A stretch of DNA of 64,000 nucleotides from assembly GCF_963676685.1 (NCBI RefSeq), contig NC_092352.1:62000001-62064000 (forward strand), read 5' to 3'. Origin of the DNA: Mytilus edulis (Eukaryota). This document shows positions 25,911 to 39,772 of the stretch, in pieces. Under the pieces are notes generated by a model. That model had not been told where the DNA came from and ran no database searches. It saw only the letters and a program-made list of their open reading frames with translations. Numbering within the stretch: the first letter of the stretch is position 1; the number at the start of each line of letters is the position of its first letter. The translations under genes and the position numbers were made by a program.

Positions 25911-27985
25911 TGATGTGTAACATGTAGACAAATATAAACAAGGAATCTGATGAACAGTAGTCGTTTGTTTATGTAATTTATACGTGTTTCTCGTTTCTCG
26001 TTTTTTTTTATTTTATATAGATTAGACCGTTGGTTTTCCCGTTTGAATGGTCTTACACTAGTGTATACCCACGCCATCAGTAGTATACGGAGAATAGAAT
26101 AACAGTCAATTAGAAGATACATTTGCATTTCAATTGTATGGCAGATGCAATTGCTGTGTTAATAAATATACATGATTGTTGCTAAATCGTCATAATTCGG
26201 TTAATTGATTTATGTTTACTTAACCAGCAGTGGCAAATATTTCATGCATTTTCTATGCGTAAACATATTAATAATAAATACAAGGGATGGGTTCGGAGAT
26301 GTATGTCTTCCGGGATGAAGGGTTGCACAATATTCAGTAGAAAAAGATGGTATATAAAATATGGGAAAAAATATGTCTTTCAACAGGCAATCTATCAACC
26401 CATCAGCAGCAATATTCAGGTGTAATACCACCATTGATTTTCCCCTATTAGTCTTTGTTAAATTTGCACTTTTCAAACAAAATTTGCAGAATTTATCTTT
26501 GTTTCAAATAAAGAATTACTTGGCATAAGTAAAGTTTTATCCTATCCAGAACTATAGAAACATAATCACATAACATTTAATTGCATATAAGAAAATAACC
26601 ATCATTGGAAGTTAACCAATCAAATTTCTCCCCTTATTTTATCTGTGTTCAAGGTTCAGTCACCATGTAACTTCAAGATTACAAAATATTCTATAGAAAT
26701 CCTAAATAAAAGATAATGGTGTTTTGAAATACCCAAGACATATTATGTTTATGACACAGAAATATTTTACTGCAATGAAATGAAAGATTAATTACCTACA
26801 ACTGTCAAATTCAAGGGAATATTTTTTTCGACCTACTTTCGTATACAACTGGATGTGACGTACCATGATTTGGTGGTATTACACCTTCATTGGTACTTAA
26901 ACTGTGGTACTATCTCTGCATCAGTTTCAAATTCAAAATCAGATAAGTCTGCATACTAATTCCTGCTGTACAGTAGTCTGACGTTAGCAAAATTTTGATT
27001 GCCCGATGGTAGAAGTATTGACCATCTGTTTATGGTATTTTCGGCAGATTTGCACTCTTGGAGAAAAAATTGAAATGATGAGATCGTAATCTTACCTAGA
27101 TACCTTCTAGATTGAAACGTAGAAAACTTCGGAAATTCAAAAGAAAAAGAAAAAATTTCTTTACATTCTTCTTTTTGATTTTTTTTTATATCTAAACTCC
27201 CTAGTCGTGAAATTAAAGACAATGATATGTGTAAGCTAAATAAATATTTATTTCATTCAGAATGATTGCAAGTGCGTCATTGATCCTACAAATCTATAAC
27301 AACAAAAAGATGAAATATAAGATAAAGACGCGCATTCAATTTTGGTGGTATACCTTTTGTTAGATAGGTAAAAATCAATTTTTACTTCGTAGATTACCTA
27401 ATAATTCATTGCTCCTTTTTACATTTATAAAAGCTTTACTATAACTTCAGATAGAATGAAAGAAAAGAACAGTACATGTTATATAATGACATTTTTTCTG
27501 CTTTTATTGCGTAATAAAAAGCTAATTTACCAACCATCACTAAACACTTTCAAATGATATTACACAATTGTATATCTGTTTTAGTTTGAACTTATATCAA
27601 AGCTGAAGATATAAACGAATAAAATAAATAGATGTATGTATTTAAAGATGATAAAAATAAACAACTGTAGGTGGTTAACCAATATAAACACATGTAATTT
27701 CATTTAAGAGCCAAAATATAAAGATAATAACACATAATTATTTTAAGAAAAGAATAAAGAAATCGGATTTATTGTTAATAGAAAGATAGGATATCACTGA
27801 TATCCTTGTGCAGCATACTTGTGCCAAACAATCAAGGAATACTGTGACAATAAGAAAGGGAAATTCCGTTTTAGGAAATTGTAACCATATTAGATAATTC
27901 ATGTACAAATCTAACTATCGATTTAGAATTATGATATTAAAATCAAGAGACAAACAAAACCCGAAGGACTTGCCTAAATTATAAA

Positions 27986-28452
27986 GAACAAAAATGTGTC
28001 CCTAGTTCACGGATGCCCCACTCGCACTATCATTTTCTATGTTCAGTGGACTGTGAAATTGGGTTCAAAACTTTAATTTGGAATTAAAATTAGAAAGATC
28101 ATATCATAGGGAACATGTTTTCTAAGTTTCAAGTTGATGTAATCTTAACTTCATCAAAAACTACCTTGACCAAAAACTTTAACCTGAACTTCGCACTATC
28201 ATTTTCTATGTTCAGTGGACCATGAAATTGGGATCAAAACTATAATTTGGCATTAAAATTAGAAAGATCATATCATAGGGAACATGTGTATTAAGTTTCA
28301 AGTTTATTGGACTTAAACTTCTTCAAAAACTACCTTGACCAAAAACTTTAACCTGAAGCGAACGAACGCACGGACGGACGAACGAACGGACGAACGGAGG
28401 CACAGACCAGAAAACATAATGCCCCTCTACTATCGTAGGTTGGGCATAAAAA
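27986..28452. mobile_element. Helentron-associated non-autonomous element (HINE-like) with two ~169-bp internal repeats
   Basis: 'tcgcactatcattttctatgttcagtggac' at 28022 and 28191; (ggac/gaac)n microsatellite; terminal hairpin 'gccc..ctactatcgtag..gggc' followed by an A-run. Confidence 0.75.
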
Positions 28453-28739
28453 TAAACAGAACTTCGAAAAAGCGTTGAAGTTTTGTCTCTTACAATTCAG
28501 TATGTATTACCCCCTATGGTATCTACAAATGTACCTTTATTCAGAATGTCACCTCAGGGAATAGGACACAAGCGGAAAATTGAAAGATCAGACGACTTTT
28601 CTGGTATAAAAATATCTAAGATTGCAAAAAACACGTCTCATGTGAGTTTAAAAACAGACACATAGTATCGGTCAATCAAAACGTGTTGGTGACACAGTAC
28701 AATTTTGTTTGATCATCCTGTTCTGTGACTACTTTCAAT

Positions 28740-28830
28740 TCCCGCGAGAGTGCTGATATTTCAATACTGTCACGTGACGAAGATGTTTGATATTCAATCA
28801 GTCTCTAATTCAAATATGATCACATGCAGC
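28740..28830. promoter_or_regulatory. Cluster of transcription-factor-like motifs (perfect GTCACGTGAC E-box, TCCCGCGAGA)
   Basis: GTCACGTGAC at 28769-28778 in apparently unique sequence, ~600 bp upstream of a candidate first exon. Confidence 0.3.
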
Positions 28831-29376
28831 TTGTTTGAGATAATGATCCGATATTAAGATTTGTCCTTTTGTTTTTAACATCTTTGCTGCACACTTTGAT
28901 TAAATCAAATTAGTCAATGAGCAAATTATCAATTCATACTGATATTGTTTTCGACACAAATACACCGAATGAGTTATAAAACAAACATAGTTTTAAATTG
29001 ATACAATTTATAAAAACCAAATGTACAAATCTCTTAAGGTTACAACGTTCTCATGAAAAACATATGTATTTGACCTACATATGTTTGTACATAAATGAAA
29101 ATCAACAGCTACTAGCTTATAACATAGCATCAGCATATAATAAGTTATTTTACTTGAAAAATGCACTTACAGATAATTGAAATTATCATGGTTCAATTTT
29201 CAGAAAGAAAGAAGTCAGTTTTAATTGCCGATGAACATTTTCTCATAAAATGTGGTGTATATGTAAATGAATGTTAACCATCATATCGTTAACTTGATTC
29301 ATTAAATTCATGTTGAAGTTAACGTTACATGAAATAAAGCAAGTGTAATATGCGAACAATTTTACACGAGAAGTCT

Positions 29377-29558
29377 TATTTAAATACAGTGGGAATTCGT
29401 AATTGATTAACAGGTGTTATATGAGCAGTAGCACTATCATGTTTTGTTGTGTTTTGGGATGAATGTTTAACCAGCGACAAATGCTGAGTGTTGCTGTTAA
29501 TGGATTTCAGTGATTAAACATAACATTTTGTAATGAAAACTAATATATAAAGGTAAGT
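29377..29558 (+). promoter_or_regulatory. Candidate non-coding first exon with consensus splice donor
   Basis: TATTTAAATA at 29377; consensus donor AAG|GTAAGT at 29552/29553. Confidence 0.4.
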
Positions 29559-29594
29559 CATTTCCAGCACTCATTTTGTTAATTTCCTTTATTA

Positions 29595-29994
29595 AATAAA
29601 CTCATCATAGATACCAGGATTACATTTTGTTACGTCAGACGCGCGTTTCGTTTGCAAAAGACTCATGAATAACGCTCGAATCCAAAAAAGTTAAAATAAT
29701 GATAAGGGCATTGCTACATGTTATCACCACCCCAGTAGTCAGCACTTCTGTGTTGACATGAGTTATCATTGATTTAGATATAAGTTAATTGTTAGCAAAG
29801 CTTAGAATTATTCAAAATAGTAAGGATTTGACGCGTAAGGAATAGATTACCTTTGCTGTATTTGGCAAAGCCAATGCTCTTCAATTTCAAACTTTTATCT
29901 TTTTTTTATTCGAGCGTCTCTGACTAGTTTTCTGTAGACAGAACGCGCGTCTGGTGTAGACACTTTCAAGCCTGGTATTCATGATGAATTTATT
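29595..29994. mobile_element. ~400-bp MITE with ~95-bp imperfect TIRs
   Basis: aataaactcatcatagataccagg..cagacgcgcgtttcg..acgctcgaat is inverted at the right end. Relatives at ~40355-40495, ~45455-45587, ~46740-46800 and, more degraded, ~35645-35970 and ~41740-42165. Confidence 0.85.
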
Positions 29995-31912
29995 AGTATG
30001 CATTATTGTAAAAAGGATTAAACAGCAAGAGTCCAAGAATAAAAACAGGACAAAAAGTTCTCCCAAAAAGTAAACATATATATTTAAACTAAAGACACTC
30101 TCAAGTTGCTAACGTAAATTCTGAAAATTTGCTCTATTTTCCCGGTAGCCATAAAACCAGATTCAACTTATCATTTTGTTTCCTTCACCAAAACAGGAAT
30201 ATGGCAGTCGTAAATAAATAATTAGTTTCTGTGTATGTTGGCGTTTGTTTTTGTAGCAGTTCAATGTTTCTGTTGTTCCGTTCTTTTTTATGTGTTTCCC
30301 TCTGTTTTGGTTTATGACGCGGATTTGTTTTCGCTTAATCGATTTATGACAATTGAACAGCGGTATACTACTGATGCCTTTATTTATCAACCTCTTGCCG
30401 TAGCCTATATTCCATAGTCTATATTTCAATACTTAAGAGGAACCGAGAACATAAAGATCGAATCAATGAATATTATTTATATAAGTAATGATGACCTCTC
30501 GACCTCACGATAAAGTGTGAACAGTCCAGTGCATCGTGGAAGGCTTTCCACTTTATAACATCGCAACGGTCAGTACAAAAATGTATCAGTTCGTTTAAAA
30601 TTTCGAATCCACTGTTGCTAGACTGTTAGTTCCCGTCATTGGATCGTACCATCAGCTTAGTAGTCAGTGCTCCGGCGCTGAAATGAATTTTATCATAATT
30701 TTCTGATGACGAAATTGTTGAAAAATAAAGGAAATACTTTTATATACCTATATGGAGTTATTGTCTGTCAGAACGACAGGTCATTCTTTTTCAGAATCAA
30801 CCCGGACGATACCATGTTTCAATGATATATGCTCCAAGGCATAAAATAATGACCTGTGTGAGGTCATTATTTTCCTTGATAAACATGCAATCTATGATTT
30901 ACTTCAAAACTTTATTCGTCTAATAGTTTTTTGTTGCCGATTTGGAAATTTATTTTTTAAAGTTCAATCGATGAAAGTTGTAAAAGAAACCGTCATTGTA
31001 GTCCCGTATTTTAATTTTAGAAACAAATAACGTGAAGTTTTGTTAATTTATCGCTACAATAAAGAAACATTATCATATATGTCAGATGAATTTTAATGTA
31101 GACTTTCATAAAATAAATCCAGATTTAACATATTCGTGTGTAAGATTTTGAAAATCTTATTGAGTCAAACTGAAAAGGTTGACTGATTTTTGGTTGCTTG
31201 CTTAACGTCCAGTGGCAAATATTTCATGCATGTTCAGAACGATACACACTGAATAGGAAATCATACTGTGACCTACATGTATTTATATTCGTCTTCGTGT
31301 CAGTTCTTAACTTTTTAAAATTTACGTATACCTTTTACTCTATCAAATGATCAACTAATAAGATAATCTTATATTCTATTGAATAACATTAACGTAACTC
31401 ACGAAAGGGTCAGGTGCGGAGGGTATATAATTATATCCAGATTATCTTTTAATAAAATGTATTGCTATTCAAAAGACAATCTCATTCGATTCAAATAAAA
31501 TTGTTAAAAAAAAATAACCACTTTTCCGTGATAGAAATAACATAACAAATAGAAAAAAAAACATACCCCTCCCCCTTTTCCATAAGCTACATTTGTATGT
31601 GGTACAATAAATTACTTACAATTACAATGTGTCTTGTATTTGTCATACAACGTTATCGGATGGTAACAATACATTTGTGTCTTACTTCATGCAGTTACAG
31701 TAATATTTTTATTGTGTATGGATAATAATTTTTAAAAGGTTTATATCTAAATTATTTAGTGAGTTTTATTTGCCATTCTAAATGAGCCACAGGGCGTATT
31801 TAAAACCTGAACGCATTAGAAAGGAATATCCCACTTTAGTGTTGTCGGTAAAATAGGATACTAAATTTTTCAAAACTTTATAAAATTAATATTTTTTGAC
31901 GGTATATAAGTC

Positions 31913-32072
31913 AGATAATGCATATTTTAAGGTTTTTCTTGTCGTAGAACACACCTCGGGGTGTCAGGATTGTTCAAAGAAAGACCTCCCTCCGGTCGGT
32001 CTTTCATTTGATCAATCCTGACACCCCTCGGTGTGTTCTTCGACAAGAAAACCCTTAAAATATGCATTATCT
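31913..32072. mobile_element. 160-bp palindromic (fold-back) element
   Basis: agataatgcatattttaagg..gtgtcaggattg pairs with caatcctgacac..ccttaaaatatgcattatct with scattered mismatches. Confidence 0.85.
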
Positions 32073-34344
32073 ATAACATAAACTAAGACCAGTACTATAA
32101 AAAATTGTCTTAAGTTAGATGAATTTGTTTATTCTTTATAAGTGCTTAATTTTTATCTCCTCAAGTCTTCATGTATTTATCCATCCTTGACATGTAAATG
32201 TCTTGGTTAGAGCGTTCCGGATGAAGGAGGATGAAGGAAAAGGTTGAGGACGCATGATATTACAAAGTGTTATTTTCAGTCAATGGTGAATGACCTGAAG
32301 GTTTCCCAGCTTATAAATGAAGTTATTATTAAATTGAATCATTCCTCTTAATATGATGCAGAGGTTGAGATTGTAAAAGAAGCAAACTCGACATTCAATT
32401 TGTATTTGATATTGACATTATCAGTACCTTTGAAGGACCAATTACTCAAACCGCCTTTTAATCTATTTTCAACGTGCTGTTTATACCTTCTTCCTCGTAT
32501 CGATATATTGATACATACTAGATAAGTTCGAGTTCATTATTTGTCATATTCATCTTCGTTTGTAAACAACTTAACATTTATTATAACACATTGTAAACAA
32601 ATAAATCAAATTATCAGACAATGTTTGCGATAGGTAGCATGCTTCTTTCCAATTAGTTAATTGCTTCATTGAAAAGACAGTGTGCCTTCACAATACAAAG
32701 ATAAAGTTAATTACACCGTGAAATTACAATACTTCCACAATTACACTTATAACTTATTGCAGTTACATGTTTTTGATTTGTAATTATTCAATTGTCTTTA
32801 TTACAGTAATTACTTTGTTATAATAATAATTGCTTTCGCCTTTTTTTGTGTGCTGGTAATGTTGTAATTCAGAAGTAAATTACATAATTATTATTTATTA
32901 GTACTGGTACTGTAGAATTAAGGTAATTTAGGCATATCAGCACCGCCAGCAATGCGGGGGATCCATGTACTATTGATAAATGGGTTTATTCACCAGTTTG
33001 TTTGTCTGTTCGAATTGTATATCCAGAACTCTTTCCAAAACATTGACTGCAGTCACTTGAAACTTCCAAATAATTTCTTTTTTGATACAGTAGCACTGCA
33101 CACCTCCTGTTTTTCTCTTAACTCGCATTTGAAATTGATTATTTCGGATCATTTCATATTAAATCAGTGTTTCAACAAAGTGTAAAGTGTTCCAGTTAAC
33201 GCTAACTTCTGAGAACAGGATTTCCTAGCTGCGTTGAAAAACCGTTGATGGGCTTATGCTGTTTTCTGCTCTTGGGACGGGTTGTCGTCTCTTTGACAAC
33301 TTTCCAGTTTATATTCTCTATTCTTATGTATGCAAGCATGAGGCTATACAATTTTTACCATCAAACCTGCCTGATGAGATGCAATATACTTTATTGTGAG
33401 TACCATTAACGAAAAATAAAATTTCAAAATTAGATCATCCAATTGACTTGTAGATCTTATATGTGGTACATGCAGTCACTGTTAAATATTAGTTGGTCGA
33501 TATCTTAGATGTATGTGTTATAGAAGCGTTATGAGGAGTTTATTATGCTATACAATAATAAAAAGAAGATTAGAATAATTTAATATTATTGATAGGTATC
33601 ATACTTCTAATATATTTCTTGATTGTATTAGATATTTCCCATTACCGTACCATACTTCTTATCTAATTCATTGCTTGATTGTATTAGATACTACTTCTAT
33701 ACGTATCATGTAGACATTTTTTGGAATGTTTTATTTTCCTAGCAGTTAATTGCATTGTTGCATAATCTAATTGCATTTATCTACATGCTGCTGATATACT
33801 AATTTTCAGTGGTGTATGTTTTTTTGGTAACGATAATGGTGGATTCCTGCTCTGCAATATTTTTTGAAGTTGATTTATTTGTGATTTTACCAATAAATTT
33901 CTTAATCATGATTCATCATGTTATGCAATTTTGCTTTGTTCTAGTTGTTGGATCAGGTCAATTGCCGATTTTATTCCGCCACAACCTCAGCCCTAAAACT
34001 AATAAAAATCTTGTTGATATACAAGCATATTATATCAAAAAAGTTATAAGTAAAATGCCTGTCCCAAGTTAGGAGTATGACAGTTGTTTTTCATTTGTTC
34101 AATTGGTTGATAAGATCTACATTTGATTTTGGCAGTTTTTATGGACCTCCATCTTTTGAATATACCTTGGAGTTCTGATTTTTGTTCATACTTTTTTCAT
34201 TATCCTACAAATGTTTGAAGCATTTGAAGGGCAGGGGACTGAACCTCACGCTCTTCAAATTCGTATTTTTTCCAATGATCTTCAATCGTGACAAGTCGTT
34301 GGATACTGATTCTTTTCTCACTAGAAAATACAAATTGTTTTTAT

Positions 34345-34408
34345 TGATTAGAGACTTTCCGTTTTGAATTTTCCTCGGAGTTCAGTATTTTTGTGATTTT
34401 ACTTTTTG
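34345..34408. repeat. Short interspersed repeat end 'ttttcctcggagttcagtatttttgtgattttacttt'
   Basis: Also at ~1055-1092 and ~2470-2610, and inverted at ~4460-4690 and ~40205-40315. Confidence 0.85.
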
Positions 34409-35039
34409 TCTGAAACAATAGTTACATTTTACGGTCGGTTTCCAGTTCTTCTTGTACCAAATAGATTATTGTGAAAATAAATACTGCAACCTTTGCTAGA
34501 GCTGTTTGTTATATGCATAACAAATGTTTTGCACATATTGTCTCTGTTGTAATAATTACTGGTTCTCGTTGTTTTAGAAATACATCCCAAAATAGCATAA
34601 TGAAAACGAAACGCGAAATTTAAATATCTAACCATGTGTTTTAGTAATTTACCGCCTTTGTGTATTGCATAATTAAGAAAGTCGTTCCGTACATGCACAC
34701 GCTGTCGTATAAATTGCCTTTCTTTGTAGGTCACTGTGTCTTGTAAAACAATTTGGATCTTTGTAACTCGTACCACGTAATTAGTAAAGCTCTGATTTAT
34801 TTCACATGACCATTTCTACCCATTATCTTTACAGATCAGATTATTTCCCCAATGGAATTAGAAATTATAATAAATAAATAAAATGTTGTCACGTTTAATG
34901 AGGATACAGAGAGAGAGATGCCGAGCTTGTATTGCTGCCATTTTATTCACAGCCAATTATTATTTTACAACACCTGCTTGTGCGTTCAATGCCATTGTCA
35001 TTAAAAAATTTAGTTCTTATGGTTCATCGTTTTATAATA

Positions 35040-35580
35040 AAAAAAAGACCAAAGATACCATTGGAACAACAAAAGATATAATTGGAAGAAAAGTAGACAT
35101 TACCATGGCCAAAACGAAATCAACAAAAATACAAAAAACTTCACAGAAAACAAGACTGTGAGAATGAACCCCACACGAAACTGGCGGTAAACTCATTTAC
35201 TCCACTGGTGTCACCTTATGTAGCCTCATCTCATTACAATATTCGGTGACAAGTTCACAAGAACGGAATTATGGCTAGGCCAGCTGGAACATCTTTGACA
35301 CAGTGTCAATATAACCGTCAACCAAATTATGATACCGTAGCACTCTCTATCAAGAAAATTATGAAAGCGTAGTACCGGTTATCAAGAAAATCAAGATATG
35401 AAATGTAAGCTCTGGAAAATCGTATAAACTTGAAGTATATTCCCTGTATATGAAGGTGCTGATGGAATTGTTTCAACATAAAAATGAAAAGTTCACAATG
35501 ATAATTCTGCAATCATTACTTATACTTTTTAGTAACGCTAAGTTCACAAAACGACCTTTGTTGTCAATTTCTAGACACTA
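35040..35580 (-). mobile_element. Penelope-like retroelement relic: C-terminal RT fragment plus adjacent repeat segment
   Basis: Minus strand 35580-35330 reads, with frameshifts, LEIDNKGR..IVNFSFLC..IPSAPSY.GIY..IRFSRAYISYLDFLD. This matches the Penelope-type RT thumb region as I recall it. The adjacent segment has relatives at ~2985-3100, ~4980-5105 and ~59995-60215. Confidence 0.75.
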
Positions 35581-38500
35581 TATTAAAGTTCATAGACGTA
35601 TAGCTGCATACGTATACAATTTATAAGATTTTATTTTATTTTTTATGATACTGGTTTGATACCGCTGCTGGCGGACTTTCAGTCCCCAAGGATATCATCA
35701 GCTAAGTAGTCAATTATTTGGTACTGACACGATTTGTTACAAATTGGTTTTGAAATTTTTCCGTTTGCAAATTGACAAGTTATTTAGAAACTTAGTTTCC
35801 ACCTGTCTTAGGCAAAAGTGGCCCTTAAGTGATATTGGCTATTATGTTTAGGTCCGTTTTGATCATACAGGTCTTTACTATTTTTTGTGCATGCGTACGT
35901 AATATTCGGCTTTGGGCGTACCCGACGAAACAAACTAGAAAAGCGCAGCAGACTCTCACAACTTACAATGTATTATGTAAAAAAAAAGAAACGGAAAGGC
36001 TACTGTAACTTAATTTTTTATATGTTATCATCAGAATATTTAATATGAAAGATTAAATAATTATACTGTGACACAAACTATGTACCTTATTAATGTATGA
36101 AATGATAATACTTTATATAAGTATTGAAGATTAGTAACTTTTCGACCACTATTTCTAAAACTAAGATTGTTGTAATTGATTCATAAAGTAACAAAACAAA
36201 TCATTATTTACAAAAATAAACGTTATTTCATTTCTAATTAAACAATTAAAAAAACAAATATTCAGTCTTTTTCGCATTAAACTTTCAAAGATGCTCAGTG
36301 TTATCAAGTCGACAGTTAAAAAGCTGGTTAGTAGGATGTTTGTTATGACTGTTTCAATTGGCGAGTAAGAGTACAAAATAGCATGTGCGTGACAATCCCT
36401 TCCTTGTTGCCTCGTATTTCAAAACAGTTACACTGACAGATGTTTCTTACATGTATTGATTGTATTTTAATGGTTCCTAGTAATATACAGTATTTCATAA
36501 AAAAAAATGACTTCGGTACATTTAAACGTAAAAGTATATAATTTCATACATTGTATACGTGTAAACATATATATAAATATAAAAAAGGGTAAATTGAAAA
36601 CAACGTTCAAACCTATGATTGCGTTGGATAAAAACCGCAATTTTTATACATTTGATAAAAATATATATAACTTATGATGTTGTTCTTGATTTTATTATAG
36701 ATCAATATGTGACATTCAAATAAACTATTATTTATCTTATCTTATCTATAATATTATATTTTTGATCATGTCACATGTATATTTATTTGAAATAGTTGTA
36801 AATTCTGTAGCTTTTTGGAAGAAAAACATGCTGTCCTAACCCAACTGCTGTCAATAATGTGTTATGCCAATGTATTCAAACCATTAAGATTAATTAATGT
36901 AATATTAGTGAATATCTGTAATGTAAGACATCCCTATTATAAACGAGTCAGATTCAAGTGCTATACATGTATATATAAAATTTATATCGATACACAAACA
37001 TACAAATATAAAGACGATCCGATACCTATCAAATATCTTAGTTGTTTCTTTTCTTGAGACAAAAGAGAGAGTGTTGCTTCCCGTTTTGAGATTTGTGAAT
37101 TTTGAACATAGGTAACTATTGTCTACAGTACGCTTATCTAACTTTGAAAAAGATTCTAGTTATTTATGTTTTCAAAAGAAATAATTGTAACATGATGATT
37201 TTGAAATGGTCGCAATTATAAATAGACTTTATTCAGTCGTTATAATCCGACTTACTATCGATCGCTGCATTCACATCAAGAGGACACTGGCCGAAAGAGA
37301 GCGCATTATCCAGAGATGACGACAAAACAAGAGCAGAATGACACTTATGTGCTACATAAAACAGTGGTTAAGTTATTTATAGAAGTGTGTTGCCTTTGCG
37401 TCTTCGCCCATTTATTTAATATTAATTAATTACGATCATCATGTCTCTCTGACGGCCAATATTGTCATTTGTGTCCACTTTTATGGCATAATTCGAGCAA
37501 AATTAATTTGATTAAGTCTGCTATCAAATAAATTCACAAATCAATGAAAATCAACATTGTGTTATGTATGAAATAAATATTGTATTCATTTGTACTTTGT
37601 AACTTTTACATTGTACTTAATTAACTGATACAAAATACGTTTTGATCAAAATTGTGATTTCATCTGGATTAAAATATTATCCCCAGGGAACAATGATAGC
37701 TAGTATTGAAATAAATTGACTCATTTATTTTTAATATATTTAGGTGTATAATTTGTCTAGATTGCAATAGTAATAACTTGACTTTCAATCGGAAGAACTT
37801 TTCCTGATTTTCTGACAACACCCAAGACATACCGAAATACTGAGACTGGTGTCCAACAAAACATATATATATATTAAACCTTATTAGTATTTTTAAATTA
37901 TTGGCAGGGATTGTCTGTCATGGTATTATGTAGAATATATCCGGTGATTGCGGTGTATGCCATTATTTTTACGCTTGTAAAAAAGTTGTCCACCTCAACT
38001 TCTCATTTTAATTTCATTATTATCAAAACTGTTTAAGTATGTTAGTTTTGCCTTAATTAATTTTAATTGTCCTGTGTTTGTTCTGATTTGCTATCGTCGT
38101 TACGTCGAACACTTATTATATAAATGACAGTTTGATAAGAGCATTTGACTGCACTTCAAAATTGTTGTTGCTTCCCGCGTTTTTTGTTCTCTGTAGGCCT
38201 AATAACCACATCTTGATATATATATATAAAATTCAATGGCATATACGTTTAAGAAATAGTAACCTTTTGCACCTGTAGATGTAACACATATAGATGTATA
38301 GAAATTTTAAACAATTCTTTCATTTTTCCAATATAAGTGCAACACACATACTTTGGTATACATAAGCTTATGTATCACCTGTAATGTTGGGGGTAAGAAT
38401 ATAATACAGTAATTATTTGTTAACATCTATAATTACTGTAATACCACAACTTAGCTTTGGATAACATAGAAACCAATATACATTTTTTGTATTGATGATT

Positions 38501-38626
38501 TTATTCAATTTAGTGAAACAATATCGTTTTGATCAAACTTGTGGGGGTTTGTTTGGATAAAAATCGTATCCCCATGGAACAAAGAAGTTTATTATTGAAT
38601 CAATTCACCTTGTTTTATTAATATAG

Positions 38627-38714
38627 ATGAAGGAATAAGATACCTTATATAATGATTAACACAAGTGACGTTTCTTTATTATATTTCATCACTTAAATAC
38701 AGCAAAGCTTAGAG
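38627..38714 (+). other. Candidate 88-nt internal exon, probably non-coding
   Basis: atatag|ATGAAG...GAG|gtaaga; paralog of 39684-39772. Confidence 0.5.
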
Positions 38715-39683
38715 GTAAGACTCTTTGTAAAGTAATTTAAAACAAATAAACAAAAGTTTTGATATAATTACCATTTCTACCAATGTCACATATGAAAATT
38801 AAAATACGATTAAAAATGAAAGCGAATTTGTCGCAAAACTATGTTTTCTTTTGAAGTAAGACTGAAACATTATATACATACATATATGCATATAGCATAT
38901 ATAAACTCAATATGGTTAGATATTTTCTAAATTATGTTGATTGCATAGATTATTTATCCCGCAAGGTCATTTCAGAATTTAGTTGATTTCAAGATGTTTG
39001 AAAATTAATTATGTTTTATCAAACACGAATACGAATATGCTACAAATGTATTCTCATTAATATAATGCTACAGAGAAATTGGTACAAAATTATAAAACAA
39101 TGATAATAGTGCATGCATAAACATGCAAATATGAAAAAGGCAGTACATTGAATTGTGTATCTAACAAATTTCAACTAACAAGGAGGGACGACAATCGATA
39201 ATACGTGTTTAACCAATCTTGCAAGTTTTTCAAGGTTTATTTTTTCATTCATTCATTCATTTTAGTTATATCTTAATTCCTGGTAAATGAAATTAAATGA
39301 ACATACAATTAGTAAATATAAGTAAACGTATAATATAAAAGTCTATTTCATTTGAGTAACATACATTACGGTTTCTTTTGTATCTATGAATTTTATGCCG
39401 TCTGCTCGATTCAATATGCAAACGATTGTAAAAAACCTTGTAGAATTTTAGAAAAGTTAAAAATTATAAAAAAAAACAAAAAACTTTGAAATGGATAACA
39501 TAGAAACTACTATAACATACAATGAACTACATGATATGGTATTGTGTTGATTGATGATCTTATTTAATTTAGTGTAACAAAATCTTTTTGATCAAACTTG
39601 TTGTTTTGTTTTGATAGTAAACTTATACCCCAAGAACACAGGTAAATATTATTGAATTAAATTAACGTTATGTATTTATATAG

Positions 39684-39772
39684 ATGAAAGCTAAGATACG
39701 TCATTTTAAAAAAATACAAATGATATTTTCTTTATTCTGGTTCGTCAGTTTCAGCGAAAAAAAACAGAAGAG
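39684..39772 (+). other. Candidate 89-nt internal exon, paralog of 38627-38714
   Basis: atatag|ATGAAA...GAG|gtaagg; open from its first ATG (MKAKIRHFKKIQMIFSLFWFVSFSEKKQK). Confidence 0.5.

Noticed and set aside
26956-27222. Minus-strand 88-aa ORF with a donor at ~27095 and acceptor at ~27059
   Set aside because: The implied intron is only ~37 nt and no protein motif is recognisable.
38490-38590. Intronic snoRNA (H/ACA or C/D) in the triplicated block
   Set aside because: The gggg/cccc stem exists in only one copy, there is no basal stem before ACA, and no box D pairs with the TGATGA.
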